In this document: positions 1-10,122 of the stretch, piece after piece
Layout: every line of letters starts with the position of its first letter
How positions within the stretch are numbered: the stretch's first letter is position 1
Assembly: GCA_963848295.1 (NCBI GenBank)
Contig: CAWKDB010000010.1
Span: 2,880,001 to 2,944,000, forward strand
Direction of reading: 5' to 3'
From: an uncultured delta proteobacterium
GTDB taxonomy: Bacteria; Myxococcota_A; Polyangia; Haliangiales; Haliangiaceae
DNA length: 64,000 nt
The notes under the pieces: generated by a model
The model's database searches: none
Told to the model about the DNA's origin: nothing
Seen by the model: only the letters and a program-made list of their open reading frames with translations
Translations under genes and position numbers: made by a program

Positions 1-1
1 G

Positions 2-547
2 TCGTGGGCGTTCCGCCGCGCGCGACCTCGCACCGTCGACAAGACGTTCCGCCGCGCCCAACTGCTGTCGGCGGCGGCGTACTCGCTCGGCCATGGCGGC
101 AACGACGCGCAAAAGACGATCGGGGTGATCGCGCTCGTGCTCGTGGCATCGCGACACCTCACGAAGACCGAGGTCGATGCCGGCGATGTGCCGAGTTGGA
201 TCATCTTTGCGTCGTACGGCTGCATGGCGCTCGGCACCGCGGTCGGCGGCTGGCGGATCGTGAAGACGATGGGCATGGGCATCACGCCGCTCAAGCCGGT
301 CGGCGGATTCTGCGCGGAGGTCGCGGGCGCGATCACGCTGTTCGGCGCCACGGCCCTGAAGATTCCGGTCTCGACGACGCACACGATCACCGGCGCGATC
401 GTGGGGGTCGGCTCGGTTCAGAAGCTCAGAGGCATCCGATGGGGCCTGGCCACGCGCATCCTGTGGGCGTGGATCTTGACGATCCCGATGGCTGCGCTCG
501 TCGGCGCCGCCACGCTGCTCGCCGCGCGCGCGTTTGGCGCGTACTGA
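2..547 (+). CDS. pit: PiT-family inorganic phosphate transporter, C-terminal part (5' end outside window)
   Basis: Frame from base 2 reads SLGHGGNDAQKTIGVI...GGWRIVKTMG...PVSTTHTITGAIVGVG, which are PiT signature motifs. Confidence 0.9.
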   Translation, partial: SWAFRRARPRTVDKTFRRAQLLSAAAYSLGHGGNDAQKTIGVIALVLVASRHLTKTEVDAGDVPSWIIFASYGCMALGTAVGGWRIVKTMGMGITPLKPVGGFCAEVAGAITLFGATALKIPVSTTHTITGAIVGVGSVQKLRGIRWGLATRILWAWILTIPMAALVGAATLLAARAFGAY

Positions 548-576
548 TTGTCAGACCCTCGATCCAGATTCGGGCC

Positions 577-1182
577 GTGGCCAAGCTCTACTTCCGCTAC
601 GGGACGATGGATTCGGCGAAGTCGATGAACCTGCTCGCGGTGGCGCACAACTACCGCAAGCAAGGCAAGCGTGTGGTGATGATGAAGCCTCGGCGCGACA
701 CCCGGTTCGGCGCTGGCAAGATCTCGTCGCGCTCGGGCCTCGAAGCTGAAGCCGACGTCATGGTCGACGACGACACGGTGCTCGACCCGCGCGACTTCGC
801 CGGGCTCGACTGCGTGCTCGTCGATGAAGCGCAGTTCCTGGCGCCGAGCCTGATCGAGGATCTGCGCCGGATCACGGTCGATCCGGGTGTGCCGGTGATC
901 TGCTACGGGCTGCGCACCGACTTCCGCACGAAGCTGTTCCCGGGCGCGCAGCGGCTGATGGAGCTCGCGGACGGCATCGAAGAGGTCAAGGTCACTTGTC
1001 AGTACTGCCAGAAGAAGGCGATCTGCAACCTGCGATTCGTCAACGGCACGCCGACCGTTGTCGGCCCGCAGATCCACCTCGGCGCGGACGAGCACTACGC
1101 GCCCGTGTGCTGGGCGCACTACGACGAAGCGACCAAGCAGATCTCGGCCGAAGCGAGCGGCGCGGTCCTGCGCCCGAGCTGA
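577..1182 (+). CDS. tdk: Thymidine kinase
   Basis: GTG start at 577; AKLYFRYGTMDSAKS P-loop variant, VLVDEAQF, YGLRTDF, Zn-binding CQYC...VCWAHY. Confidence 0.92.
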   Translation: MAKLYFRYGTMDSAKSMNLLAVAHNYRKQGKRVVMMKPRRDTRFGAGKISSRSGLEAEADVMVDDDTVLDPRDFAGLDCVLVDEAQFLAPSLIEDLRRITVDPGVPVICYGLRTDFRTKLFPGAQRLMELADGIEEVKVTCQYCQKKAICNLRFVNGTPTVVGPQIHLGADEHYAPVCWAHYDEATKQISAEASGAVLRPS

Positions 1183-1283
1183 GGGACGGTGTTCACTTTG
1201 ACAACCGCCGTGCTGGGCTGAGGCTTGTTGTCGCCCGCACTTAGCTAGTTAGCTAGCTAGGGACGGTGTTCACTTTGACAACC
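1183..1283 (+). repeat. Dispersed repeat doublet, subtype I (GGGACGGTGTTCACTTTGACAACC x2)
   Basis: Identical 24-mers at 1183-1206 and 1260-1283; 77-bp period = 65 plus a 12-nt TTAGCTAG/CTAG slippage duplication. Confidence 0.93.
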
Positions 1284-1360
1284 GGCGCGTGGCAGACGCT
1301 TGTCGCTTGGCTGGAACGCGCCACCGTACGACCGCCACCGTCACCCACGGTCGCGCAGCG

Positions 1361-1456
1361 CAAGTTGACAAAAGAGACAGCGTCCCCACCGAAGCGTCCC
1401 CACCGAAGCGCAAGTTGACAAAAGAGACAGCGTCCCCACCGAAGCGACAGCGTCCC
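1361..1456 (-). repeat. Dispersed repeat cluster, subtype II (CAAGTTGACAAAAGAGACAGCGTCCCC x2 plus partial copies)
   Basis: Identical 27-mers at 1361-1387 and 1411-1437; partial copies near 1393 and at 1446-1456; ACCGAAGCG linkers. Confidence 0.93.
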
Positions 1457-3357
1457 TAATTCAGATCTGCTCGGCGGGTTCGCCATTCGTTGAAGAGCGC
1501 GGGGAAGCGCGGATCGCGTTGCAGCGGCGCTAGGTCGGCGTCGGTCTCCATCTTTTCGGTGTGCTCGTATTCGTGCTCGATCGCGCGCGAGACTTGTTCG
1601 AGCGCCTTGTCGATCTGGCCAAGCGCCGCGTAGGCGCAAGCGGCCGAGTGATAGATGTACGGATTTTCGGGCCCGAAGCGCTGGCCGCCGGAGGCGAGAT
1701 CGGCGGCGAGCTTGTAGTCACCGATCGCGTGCGCGTGAATACATGCGTTGTTCCACGCCATGACGAGCGCGGTGCGCGCTTCACCGGCGTCTTTCGCCGG
1801 CTCGGGCAACGCGATCACGCGGCGCAAGATCTGCAGCGCTTGCGGGCGATCGATGCCGAAGCTCGAGTTGTAGAGATGTGGCACGAGCAGGACCTCGTTC
1901 GGTAGCTTGTCGAGGATCGCAGCGAGGTGCTGGGGAGCATGGCGCGCGACTTGGCTCGCGAGATCGGCGAGCTCTTCCATCGTCGTATCGCCGACCACGG
2001 CATCGTCGAGTAGCGAGAGCGCCGGGCCGACCTCGTCGGGCGCGTGCTCGGCGGCCTCGCCGATCACGAGCAACCGCACCGACGGCTTCGACGTGCGCGC
2101 GAGCGCGATCGCCTCTTCGACCCGCTCTTGGCGAATCAGCACGATCGCGAGGTAGCCGGCAGCATCACACGCCGGATCGAACGCACTCGCCCGGCGCAGC
2201 AACCGTTCGGCGATCGCCGCGGCGCTCGGATCGTCCGGATCGTGCTCGAGCGCGACCTCGACGAGCATGCCGGCGAGCTCGCGCTTGCTCCAGGCGCTCT
2301 GGCCGACCGCCCACGCGAGCGCCGGTTCTTCGCCTTGGCGACGAAACCGATCGGCGAACGGGTTGCCGGCGAGCACGAACGGGGCCTCGCCATCGCCGGA
2401 CGCATGTGACTTCGTGGCGTCGTCGACGGTATCGAATCGCGCCCACGCGATCGGAATGACGTCCGACAGGCGCGCGATAATCCACAGCAGGAAATGCACC
2501 TGGTCGGCTGACGTCGCTGGCACCGCGAAGCGCTCGACCCACATCAGCGACGAGCGATGGCGACGATCGTGGATCGCATCGGCCCGGGAGAACGGCTCGA
2601 ACTCGTCGGCGCGCTCGTCTTGATAGACCGAGAGCCACAGCGCGAAGAACGCGTTGACCACGGACTCTTCGCCGAGCAACGGTTCGCCAGACAGCTTCAG
2701 CGCGACGCCGAAGCTCTCCCAGTCGTAGTCATCGATGATCTCGGGATAGCGCTCGATCGGAAACGTCACGGTGTGCTCGAACGGCGGGGTGCCATTGCGC
2801 CAATGGCTCTCGAGCGCGACCGCTTCGACGATGTCGTCGTCTTCGTCGTCCTCGTCGTCTTCGTCGGCATCATCTTCGGTCGCCTCGGCGACCGTCGGCA
2901 CTTCGGGATCCGCGGCGTCGGGATCCTCGTACAGCACCATCTCTTCCCAGCCGGTGCCCGGGCCGGGTGCGTCGGCGGGGGCGATCGCGCGCGCTTGCGC
3001 GGCCGCGGCTTCGGCCGCTTCACCGGCGGTGAGCTCGAGCCACGCGACGCCGTCGATACCGGTCTCGACCTTGACGAGCCACACCCCGTCGAGCTCGAGC
3101 TCGGCGGCGGCTTGCTCGAGTGCCGCGCGTTGTTCGCCGAGCTCTCCCGCGGTCGGCGGCAACCACGGCGCGGCGTGCCACTGGCGCGGGGGCTCCGAGC
3201 CCGGATCGTCGACCTCGCTCGGCTCGGTCACGCTGGCGCTGGCGAGCAGCTGCCACAGCTGGCGTTGTTGCGCGGCGTCGAGCGGCCGCTTGCTGCGCGC
3301 GATCACGATGCCTCGCGCCAAGTCGCTGCGTCGCGGCTCGAGGCCGACGATCTCCAT
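1456..3357 (-). CDS. Hypothetical protein with an acidic tract and C-terminal TPR repeats
   Basis: 633-aa ORF; DDADEDDEDDEDDD tract; C-terminal YIYHSAACAYAALGQIDKALEQVSRAIE...DADLAPLQRDPRF TPR-end motif. Confidence 0.75.
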   Translation of the reverse strand: MEIVGLEPRRSDLARGIVIARSKRPLDAAQQRQLWQLLASASVTEPSEVDDPGSEPPRQWHAAPWLPPTAGELGEQRAALEQAAAELELDGVWLVKVETGIDGVAWLELTAGEAAEAAAAQARAIAPADAPGPGTGWEEMVLYEDPDAADPEVPTVAEATEDDADEDDEDDEDDDIVEAVALESHWRNGTPPFEHTVTFPIERYPEIIDDYDWESFGVALKLSGEPLLGEESVVNAFFALWLSVYQDERADEFEPFSRADAIHDRRHRSSLMWVERFAVPATSADQVHFLLWIIARLSDVIPIAWARFDTVDDATKSHASGDGEAPFVLAGNPFADRFRRQGEEPALAWAVGQSAWSKRELAGMLVEVALEHDPDDPSAAAIAERLLRRASAFDPACDAAGYLAIVLIRQERVEEAIALARTSKPSVRLLVIGEAAEHAPDEVGPALSLLDDAVVGDTTMEELADLASQVARHAPQHLAAILDKLPNEVLLVPHLYNSSFGIDRPQALQILRRVIALPEPAKDAGEARTALVMAWNNACIHAHAIGDYKLAADLASGGQRFGPENPYIYHSAACAYAALGQIDKALEQVSRAIEHEYEHTEKMETDADLAPLQRDPRFPALFNEWRTRRADLN

Positions 3358-3397
3358 GCGTGCTACGAGCGTATCGCAAGCCGCGCGGGCCGGCAGC

Positions 3398-4804
3398 TCA
3401 GCACTCGATGATGTTGACCGCGAGCCCTCCGCGCGCGGTCTCCTTGTACTTGCTGCTCATGTCCGCGCCGGTCCGCCACATCGTCTTGATCACCTTGTCG
3501 AGCGACACCTTGTGCGTGCCGTCGCCTTGCAGCGCGAGCCGCGCCGCGTTGATCGCCTTGACCGCGCCCATCGCGTTGCGCTCGATGCAGGGTACCTGGA
3601 CGAGTCCGCCGATCGGATCGCAGGTCAACCCGAGGTTGTGCTCCATGCCGATCTCCGCGGCATTTTCGACCTGCGCCGGCGTGCCCCCCATCACCTCGGC
3701 GAGCGCGCCCGCCGCCATCGAGCATGCGACCCCGACCTCGCCCTGACAGCCGACCTCCGCGCCGCTGATCGACGCGTTCTTCTTGTACAACGCGCCGATC
3801 GCGCCGGCGGTGAGCAAGAACCGCAGCGTGCCTTCGTCGTCGGCGTTCGGCACGAACCGCCGGTAGTACGTGATCACGGCCGGGATGATGCCGGCGGCGC
3901 CGTTCGTGGGCGCGGTCACGACCCGGCCGCCCGCCGCGTTCTCTTCGTTGACCGCGAGCGCGAATAGATTCACCCAGTCCATGATCGTCAGCGGGTCGGC
4001 GGTGCCGTGATCGCTCTTGAGCTTGCGATAGAGCTGCGCGGCGCGACGCTTGACCTTCAGTCCGCCCGGCAAGATCCCTTCGCGTTCGCAACCGCGCTTC
4101 ACGCACGCATCCATCGCAGACCACAGGGCGAGCAGGCGGTGCCGGACCACAGCCTCGGGCCCGAGTCGAAGCGAGTCGGGCTCGCCGCGAGTCGGGACGA
4201 CCGCCTTCTCGTTCTCGAGCATCAACGTCGAGATCGCCATGCCGTGCTCGGTCGAATGACGGAGCAGCTCCTCGGCGGAGTTGAACGGATACGGCACCGA
4301 CAGCTGATCGGCGGGCACCGAGCCATCCGCCGGCGCCCCCGCGTGATCGACGACGAAACCGCCACCCACCGAATAGTAGATCCGCTCGACGATGATGCCA
4401 GCCACGCCGAATGCGGTGAACCGCATGCCGTTCGAGTGCAGCGGCAGCTTCTCGCGGCGATGAAACAGCAGCGCCTCCGGAACGAGCGTGACCTCGTGGC
4501 GGCCGAGTAGCTTCAACCGCCGGCTGGACTCGACCGCGGCGATGCGACGCTCGACCGCATCGATGTCCACGGTCGCCGGCTCGTCGCCCTCGAGGCCCAA
4601 GATGATCGCGCGATCGCTGCCGTGACCCTTGCCGGTGAAGCCGAGGCTGCCGAACAGCTCGACCTTCACGCTGGTCACCGCTTCGAGCTGCCCATCGGCG
4701 ACAAGCCGCTCGGCAAACCGCTTCGCGGCGCGCATCGGCCCGACCGTGTGCGAGCTCGATGGCCCGATGCCGATCTTGAAGATGTCGAAGACGGAGATGT
4801 GCAC
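3398..4804 (-). CDS. sdaA: L-serine ammonia-lyase (Fe-S, single chain)
   Basis: [70 protein letters not shown]. Confidence 0.96.
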   Translation of the reverse strand: MHISVFDIFKIGIGPSSSHTVGPMRAAKRFAERLVADGQLEAVTSVKVELFGSLGFTGKGHGSDRAIILGLEGDEPATVDIDAVERRIAAVESSRRLKLLGRHEVTLVPEALLFHRREKLPLHSNGMRFTAFGVAGIIVERIYYSVGGGFVVDHAGAPADGSVPADQLSVPYPFNSAEELLRHSTEHGMAISTLMLENEKAVVPTRGEPDSLRLGPEAVVRHRLLALWSAMDACVKRGCEREGILPGGLKVKRRAAQLYRKLKSDHGTADPLTIMDWVNLFALAVNEENAAGGRVVTAPTNGAAGIIPAVITYYRRFVPNADDEGTLRFLLTAGAIGALYKKNASISGAEVGCQGEVGVACSMAAGALAEVMGGTPAQVENAAEIGMEHNLGLTCDPIGGLVQVPCIERNAMGAVKAINAARLALQGDGTHKVSLDKVIKTMWRTGADMSSKYKETARGGLAVNIIEC

Positions 4805-4833
4805 GAACAGCGCCTCGATCGAGTGTAGCTCGT

Positions 4834-5760
4834 TTAGCGCGTGCGGCCGCGACGGGCGGCGGCGCGACGAGCCGCGCGAGCCGCGCGAGACCTGGCGACA
4901 CGCGCCTCGCGGTCGGCGCGGTCCTGCGCGCTACGGAGCTCGCGAGCGGTGGTGTCCTTCGCGCGATGGATCTCACGATCGGCGAGCTGCTTCGCGCGCT
5001 TGGCCTCGCGCGCCTTCTGCTCCTTCACACGCCTGGTCTCGCGCGCCGACGTGGCATCGAGCCCCAGCCGGACGGTCAGGCCATCGAGCATGGCTTGCAG
5101 ACCGAGCTCGAAGCGGTTGTTCGTGGCGAACGTCTCGCTGATCTCGAAGAACACCTCGGCAGGCTGACGCGACCCGATGAGCTCCGCGAGCTGCGGGTAC
5201 TCGCCCGTCGCGACCTGCGACTTCGCGAGGTCGTTCACGGCGCGCGCCTGGTCGAACGACGAGTGGTCCTCGACCGACCGCTGCACCGAGCCGAACACGT
5301 AGTCATCGACGAGCGTCAGCAACTGGATTTTGTCCGGCATCGACAGCGGCAGCTCGGCGACCGCGGACAGCGAATGTTCGATGTGGCGCAGTCCGTTCGG
5401 CCCGACGCGCGCACGGTCGAGCGATGCGATCGCCCAGGGGTGTGCGGTGAACGTGGCGTGCGTCGCGCGTGCGATGGTCTCGACGCCGGCGCGCCAACCG
5501 CGGGGCAGCGGCGTCGAGTGGCTGATGGCCTCGCCCATCAGCGCTTCATCGATGATCGTGAGCAGATCGTCCTTGGTACGGACGTAGTAGTAGAGCGTCA
5601 TCGTTCCCGCGCCGAGCTCGTCGGCGATCCGTCGCATCGACACCGCCTCGAACCCTTCGTGATCTGCGATCGCGACAGCTACTCGCGCGATCTGCTCGCG
5701 CGTGAACCGCGGCTTGCGAGACCCCGGCGGCGGCTCGGCCCAGATCGGGACGTTTGACAC
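4834..5760 (-). CDS. TetR/AcrR-family regulator (TetR_C type) with Arg/Ala-rich C-terminal tail
   Basis: GTG at 5760; [57 protein letters not shown]. Confidence 0.88.
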   Translation of the reverse strand: MSNVPIWAEPPPGSRKPRFTREQIARVAVAIADHEGFEAVSMRRIADELGAGTMTLYYYVRTKDDLLTIIDEALMGEAISHSTPLPRGWRAGVETIARATHATFTAHPWAIASLDRARVGPNGLRHIEHSLSAVAELPLSMPDKIQLLTLVDDYVFGSVQRSVEDHSSFDQARAVNDLAKSQVATGEYPQLAELIGSRQPAEVFFEISETFATNNRFELGLQAMLDGLTVRLGLDATSARETRRVKEQKAREAKRAKQLADREIHRAKDTTARELRSAQDRADREARVARSRAARAARRAAARRGRTR

Positions 5761-5762
5761 GC

Positions 5763-5812
5763 CGTACAGTGTACTGCTAATGCTATTCGTATGACGTACG
5801 ATGATGACGTAC
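5763..5812. promoter_or_regulatory. Probable TetR operator sites in the divergent promoter region
   Basis: Near-palindromes CGTACAGTGTACT (5763-5775) and CGTATGACGTACG (5788-5800), plus ATGACGTAC repeated at 5804-5812, between divergent tetR and ABC genes. Confidence 0.6.
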
Positions 5813-6825
5813 AAACCACGAACAAGGGCGTTCGCGCCGAGAACCTCGGCAAGCGGTTCGGCGAGCTGTGGGCGCTGCGCGGGCTCGACCTCGACGTGCG
5901 CCCCGGCAAGGTGCTCGGCTTGCTCGGCCACAACGGCGCCGGCAAGACGACCGCGATCCGGATCCTCACGACGCTGACGACGCCGACCGAAGGCCGCGCG
6001 ATCGTCGCCGGTCACGACGTCATGATCGAGGCGTCGCACGTGCGCGAACGCATCGGGGTCGCCGGTCAGGCCGCGACGGTCGACGGCCTGCTCACCGCGC
6101 GAGCGAACCTCGAGATGGTCGCGCGGCTCTATCACCTGTCGCGCGCGCGCGCCCGCGAGCGGGCGGGCGAACTGCTCGAGCGGTTCGAGCTCGCCGCCGA
6201 CGGGGACCGCCTCGTCAAGACGTACTCGGGCGGCATGCGGCGCCGGCTCGATCTCGCCGCGAGCCTCGTCGCCGCGCCCCCCGTGTTGTTCCTCGACGAG
6301 CCAACGACCGGCCTCGATCCCCGCAGCCGTAGCGAGCTGTGGCAGCTCCTCACCGAGCGTGTGCGCGGCGGTACGACGCTCGTGCTCACGACGCAATACC
6401 TCGAAGAAGCCGATCGCCTCGCCGACGAGATCGTCGTGCTCGACCACGGCACCGTCGCCGCACGCGGGACGCCGATGCAGTTGAAGACGACGATCGGTGG
6501 GGACCGAGTGACCGTCGCCGTCGCCGCGGCCGACGATGCGCCTCGCGCTCGCGTCGCTCTGTTGCCGTTCGCCGAGGGCGAGCCGGTGATCGAAGCGGCT
6601 CCGGACGCCCACGCCAACGCCCAAGGCATCGCGATCGGCACGACCGCACCTAGCCGGGTCGTGCTGCGCGGCAAGCCGGGGTTGCGGCTGGTCGAGGTCG
6701 TGCGCGCTCTCGACGCCGCCGGGATCGACGCGATCGATGTCGCCCGCCGCGAGACGACGCTCGATGACGTGTTCCTCGCGATCACCGATCGCAGCCGCAA
6801 GCCCGCCTCGGAGGTCGTGGCGTGA
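5791..6825 (+). CDS. DrrA-like ABC exporter ATP-binding protein
   Basis: Walker A GHNGAGKTT, signature YSGGMRRRLDLA, Walker B LFLDEPTTGLDP, TTQYLEEAD, C-terminal TLDDVFLAIT. Confidence 0.92.
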   Translation: MTYDDDVQTTNKGVRAENLGKRFGELWALRGLDLDVRPGKVLGLLGHNGAGKTTAIRILTTLTTPTEGRAIVAGHDVMIEASHVRERIGVAGQAATVDGLLTARANLEMVARLYHLSRARARERAGELLERFELAADGDRLVKTYSGGMRRRLDLAASLVAAPPVLFLDEPTTGLDPRSRSELWQLLTERVRGGTTLVLTTQYLEEADRLADEIVVLDHGTVAARGTPMQLKTTIGGDRVTVAVAAADDAPRARVALLPFAEGEPVIEAAPDAHANAQGIAIGTTAPSRVVLRGKPGLRLVEVVRALDAAGIDAIDVARRETTLDDVFLAITDRSRKPASEVVA

Positions 6826-7619
6826 GCGCCCGCTATCTGATCGTTGACAGCCTCGTGCTCGCGCGCCGCCACATCGCGCACATCCGGCAAATTCCCGAGA
6901 AGCTGCTCGACGTCACGCTCCAGCCGCTGATGTTCGTCTTGATGTTCGCGTACGTGTTCGGCGGCGTGATCTCGATCCCCGATGGCAGCTATCGCGAATA
7001 CCTGATCGGCGGCGTGATCGTGCAGTCGCTCGGCTTCGGCATCATGGGCCCGGCGACCGCGATCGCGACCGACGTGCGCGAAGGCGTGGTCGATCGGTTT
7101 CGCTCGCTGCCTATCTCGCGCGCGTCGTACCTGATCGGGCACTTGATCGCCGAGGTCGGCGCGACGCTCGTCGGGATCACCGTGCTGTCTCTCGCCGGCC
7201 TCGTCGTCGGCTGGGGCATCTATTCGAGCGTGCCCGCAGCGGTCGCCGCCTACGGGTTGATCATTTTGTTCGCGTTCTCGATGGTGTGGATGGGCACGTG
7301 GCTCGGGTTGAGCGTCCGGTCGCCGGACAGCGCGCAAGGCGTGGTGTTTCTCGTCGTGTTTCCGATGACGTTCCTGGCAAGCACGTTCGTCCCGCTCGAC
7401 GGCCTGACGCCGGTGTTGCGCACGATCGCGTCGTGGAATCCGGTGAGCGTGCTCGCCGCGGCGATCCGCGAGCTGTTCGGCAACCCGACCGCACTCCCGG
7501 GACATGCCGCCTGGCCGTTGCGCCACGCGGTCGTGTCGTCGCTGTTGTGCTGTGCGCTGATCGTCGCGGTATCCGCGCCGATGGCGATCCGCGCGTTCCG
7601 CAAGCGAACGAGCGACTAA
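6822..7619 (+). CDS. DrrB-like ABC-2 type permease
   Basis: GTGA overlap with the ATPase gene; LQPLMFVLMFAYVFGG, GVVDRFRSLPISR; multiple hydrophobic helices. Confidence 0.9.
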   Translation: MSARYLIVDSLVLARRHIAHIRQIPEKLLDVTLQPLMFVLMFAYVFGGVISIPDGSYREYLIGGVIVQSLGFGIMGPATAIATDVREGVVDRFRSLPISRASYLIGHLIAEVGATLVGITVLSLAGLVVGWGIYSSVPAAVAAYGLIILFAFSMVWMGTWLGLSVRSPDSAQGVVFLVVFPMTFLASTFVPLDGLTPVLRTIASWNPVSVLAAAIRELFGNPTALPGHAAWPLRHAVVSSLLCCALIVAVSAPMAIRAFRKRTSD

Positions 7620-8239
7620 CGCGGATCTGTCGGCGGTGGCGGGAGCGCCGCGGGTGCGGGCTGAGTCTGCGTGTCGGACGCGACGTACTTGTTGTAGATC
7701 TGATCGAACACGCGCCAGCGCTCCGACGACGGATCGTCGGGCAGCTCGCCGAACGCGAAGCCGATGATGCGATCGTCGAGGTTCGATAGCACGCGGACGC
7801 CGTTGCGATAGCGCGCGACGTGCAGGCCATCGAGATCGAACGTGACCGCGGGCAGACCGTACGGCGTGAACGCGTTCGCGGTCGGATCGCCGAGGCTGAT
7901 CGGCAGCGAGATCCTGTGCGCGTAATACGTGCCGCCCATCCAACCGAACGCGCGGATCGGCCCGCCACCACCCGAGTTGTCGACCAAGAACACGACCGAC
8001 GTGCCATCGGGAAACGTCTGCCCGTGACATGGCCGGCCGGCGTAGACCATCGCGCGCAGCGTATGCTCGCTGTCGAGCGGATCGTCGTCGCACGGATGAG
8101 TGTACGGCGCGCGGGTGCCGACCTTCGAGCCGAACTCGTCGCCGAGCTCGAACCCGTCGAGAGTAGGCAGCGGCTCCGGCTTCGGCGTCGAACCGTGCAG
8201 GCACGCGGCGACCGCGACGAGCAGCACGGCCGCGCGCAT
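7616..8239 (-). CDS. Hypothetical lipoprotein
   Basis: ATG overlapping the serA stop (TGATG); MRAAVLLVAVAAC lipobox-like signal. Confidence 0.65.
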   Translation of the reverse strand: MRAAVLLVAVAACLHGSTPKPEPLPTLDGFELGDEFGSKVGTRAPYTHPCDDDPLDSEHTLRAMVYAGRPCHGQTFPDGTSVVFLVDNSGGGGPIRAFGWMGGTYYAHRISLPISLGDPTANAFTPYGLPAVTFDLDGLHVARYRNGVRVLSNLDDRIIGFAFGELPDDPSSERWRVFDQIYNKYVASDTQTQPAPAALPPPPTDPR

Positions 8240-9465
8240 CAAAACAAGATCCGGGTCTTGATGCTCGTCTCGAGCGAGGCGACGGCGACCTTGACGTCGT
8301 TCGACACGTCGTGGTCGAGATCCATGATCAAGTAACCGATGTCGGCATCGGTCGACAGCAGCTGCGCGCGAATGTTCGCGTGGAGGTCGGACACGATCTT
8401 GTTGACGTCGCGCAAGACGCCCGGGACGTTGCGGTGAATGTTGAGGATGCGGTGGACGCCCGGCATGATCGGGAGCTCGACCTGGGGGAAGTTGACCGAG
8501 CCGGTCGTCGTGCCCTGGTTGATGAACTTGAGCAGCGCGGCCGAGACCTCGCGGCCGATCGCCTCTTGCGCCTCCTCGGTCGAGCCGCCGATATGCGGCG
8601 TGAGGATCACGTTCGGCAAGTTGCGCAGCGGCGATGCGAAGCCTTCGCTGTTGGTCGCGGGCTCGGTCGGATAGACATCGACCGCCGCGCCGCCGATGTG
8701 GCCACGCTTGATCGCGTCGGCGAGTGCTTCGATCACGACGACCGTGCCGCGGCTCGCGTTGAGCAAGCATGCGCCCGGCTTCATCTGCGCGAGCTCGGCG
8801 GCGTCGATCATGTTCTTCGTCGACGGCGTCTCGGGAACGTGCAGCGTCACGAAGTCGGCCTCGGCGAGCAGGTCGGCGAGCTTCGCCATCGAACGGTTGT
8901 TACCCATCGGCAACCGCGCGGCGATGTCGAAGAACATGACCCGCATGCCGAACGATTCGGCGAGCACGCCGATCTGGCTGCCGATGTGACCGTAGCCGAC
9001 GATGCCGATCGTCTTGCCGCGCACTTCGTGGCTACCGACCGCGAGTTTCTTCCACTGGCCCTCGTGAACCTCGCGCGAGCGATCGCCGAGGTGGCGAGAC
9101 AGCATGACGATCTCGGCGAGGATCATCTCGGCGACCGAGCGCGTGTTCGAGAACGGGGCGTTGAACACCGGCACGCCGCGGCGATTCGCGTGGAGCAGCG
9201 CGACCTGGTTCGTGCCGATGCAGAACGCTCCGACCGCGAGCAAGCGGCGGGCCTCGTCGAGCACGCGCGGAGTGATCTGCGTCTTGCTGCGAATCCCGAC
9301 GATGTGGGCATCGCGAACCCGCGCCGCGAGCTGGTCTTCCGGCAGCGCGCCCGACACGGTCTCGACATGAAACCCATCCGCCTTGAACGCCTCGGCGGCC
9401 ACCGGATGGATGTTCTCGAGCAAGACGATCTTGATCTCGGATTTCGGAAACGACGTCGCGGCCAT
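8239..9465 (-). CDS. serA: D-3-phosphoglycerate dehydrogenase
   Basis: GAFCIGTNQV, GIVGYGHIGSQ, NASRGTVV, ILTPHIGGSTEEAQ, C-terminal ACT domain (HRNVPGVL). Confidence 0.96.
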   Translation of the reverse strand: MAATSFPKSEIKIVLLENIHPVAAEAFKADGFHVETVSGALPEDQLAARVRDAHIVGIRSKTQITPRVLDEARRLLAVGAFCIGTNQVALLHANRRGVPVFNAPFSNTRSVAEMILAEIVMLSRHLGDRSREVHEGQWKKLAVGSHEVRGKTIGIVGYGHIGSQIGVLAESFGMRVMFFDIAARLPMGNNRSMAKLADLLAEADFVTLHVPETPSTKNMIDAAELAQMKPGACLLNASRGTVVVIEALADAIKRGHIGGAAVDVYPTEPATNSEGFASPLRNLPNVILTPHIGGSTEEAQEAIGREVSAALLKFINQGTTTGSVNFPQVELPIMPGVHRILNIHRNVPGVLRDVNKIVSDLHANIRAQLLSTDADIGYLIMDLDHDVSNDVKVAVASLETSIKTRILF

Positions 9466-9496
9466 GCGCCGCAGACTCTATCAGGTATCGTTCGCC

Positions 9497-10096
9497 ATGC
9501 ACTTGGCTCAGCGGCTGCGCGACGAACCACCGCCACGCGCGCCGGATGTCTGCGCGCGCGTCGTGGGAAAGCATGGCTCGTGGTTGGGCTTCGCCGCCTA
9601 CGGCGCGCTCTACGCGGTCTCGGCGATGGCGTTCGCGCTGGCGTTGGCCGTCTACGTCGTGTTCGAGCCGATCGCACATTGGGTGACCGGCACGCCGGAC
9701 TACGTCGAGTTATCGACCGGCTGGTGGGTCGCGATCCTGGCGGCGTCGATTGTGACGAGCGCACCGCTAAGCGCGTTACCGTTTCTGCGCTGGGTTCGGC
9801 GCCGGCGCGACGACCTCGCGATCGTCGCGCGCGATGGCACGGTCGTCGACGCGATCATCCAGAGCACGACGTGGGCGACGTCGTACGGCGTGACCCAACT
9901 GATGCGGTTGCGCCGACCGACTCACTGCACGATCTACGTGCGCCCGCTACGGGGCGACGGTGCGACGTACCGCGCGTTCGTGCGCCACGACGACTGGGTG
10001 CGGCCCGATTATCCGGTCAAGCTCGTCACCGCGGAACGCTCGTATGCACTCGTGCTCGGGCCCGACAAGATTGAGTTCGTCGCTCGGCGTCGCTGA
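9497..10096 (+). CDS. Hypothetical membrane protein
   Basis: ATG at 9497; two hydrophobic segments followed by a small soluble domain. Confidence 0.6.
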   Translation: MHLAQRLRDEPPPRAPDVCARVVGKHGSWLGFAAYGALYAVSAMAFALALAVYVVFEPIAHWVTGTPDYVELSTGWWVAILAASIVTSAPLSALPFLRWVRRRRDDLAIVARDGTVVDAIIQSTTWATSYGVTQLMRLRRPTHCTIYVRPLRGDGATYRAFVRHDDWVRPDYPVKLVTAERSYALVLGPDKIEFVARRR

Positions 10097-10122
10097 ACGC
10101 GGCTTCGGCTACAGTCCGCGCC

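Noticed and set aside
4..576. 392-aa fused ORF including tdk
   Set aside because: The upstream part is an off-frame read of pit; Tdk homology starts at GTG 577.
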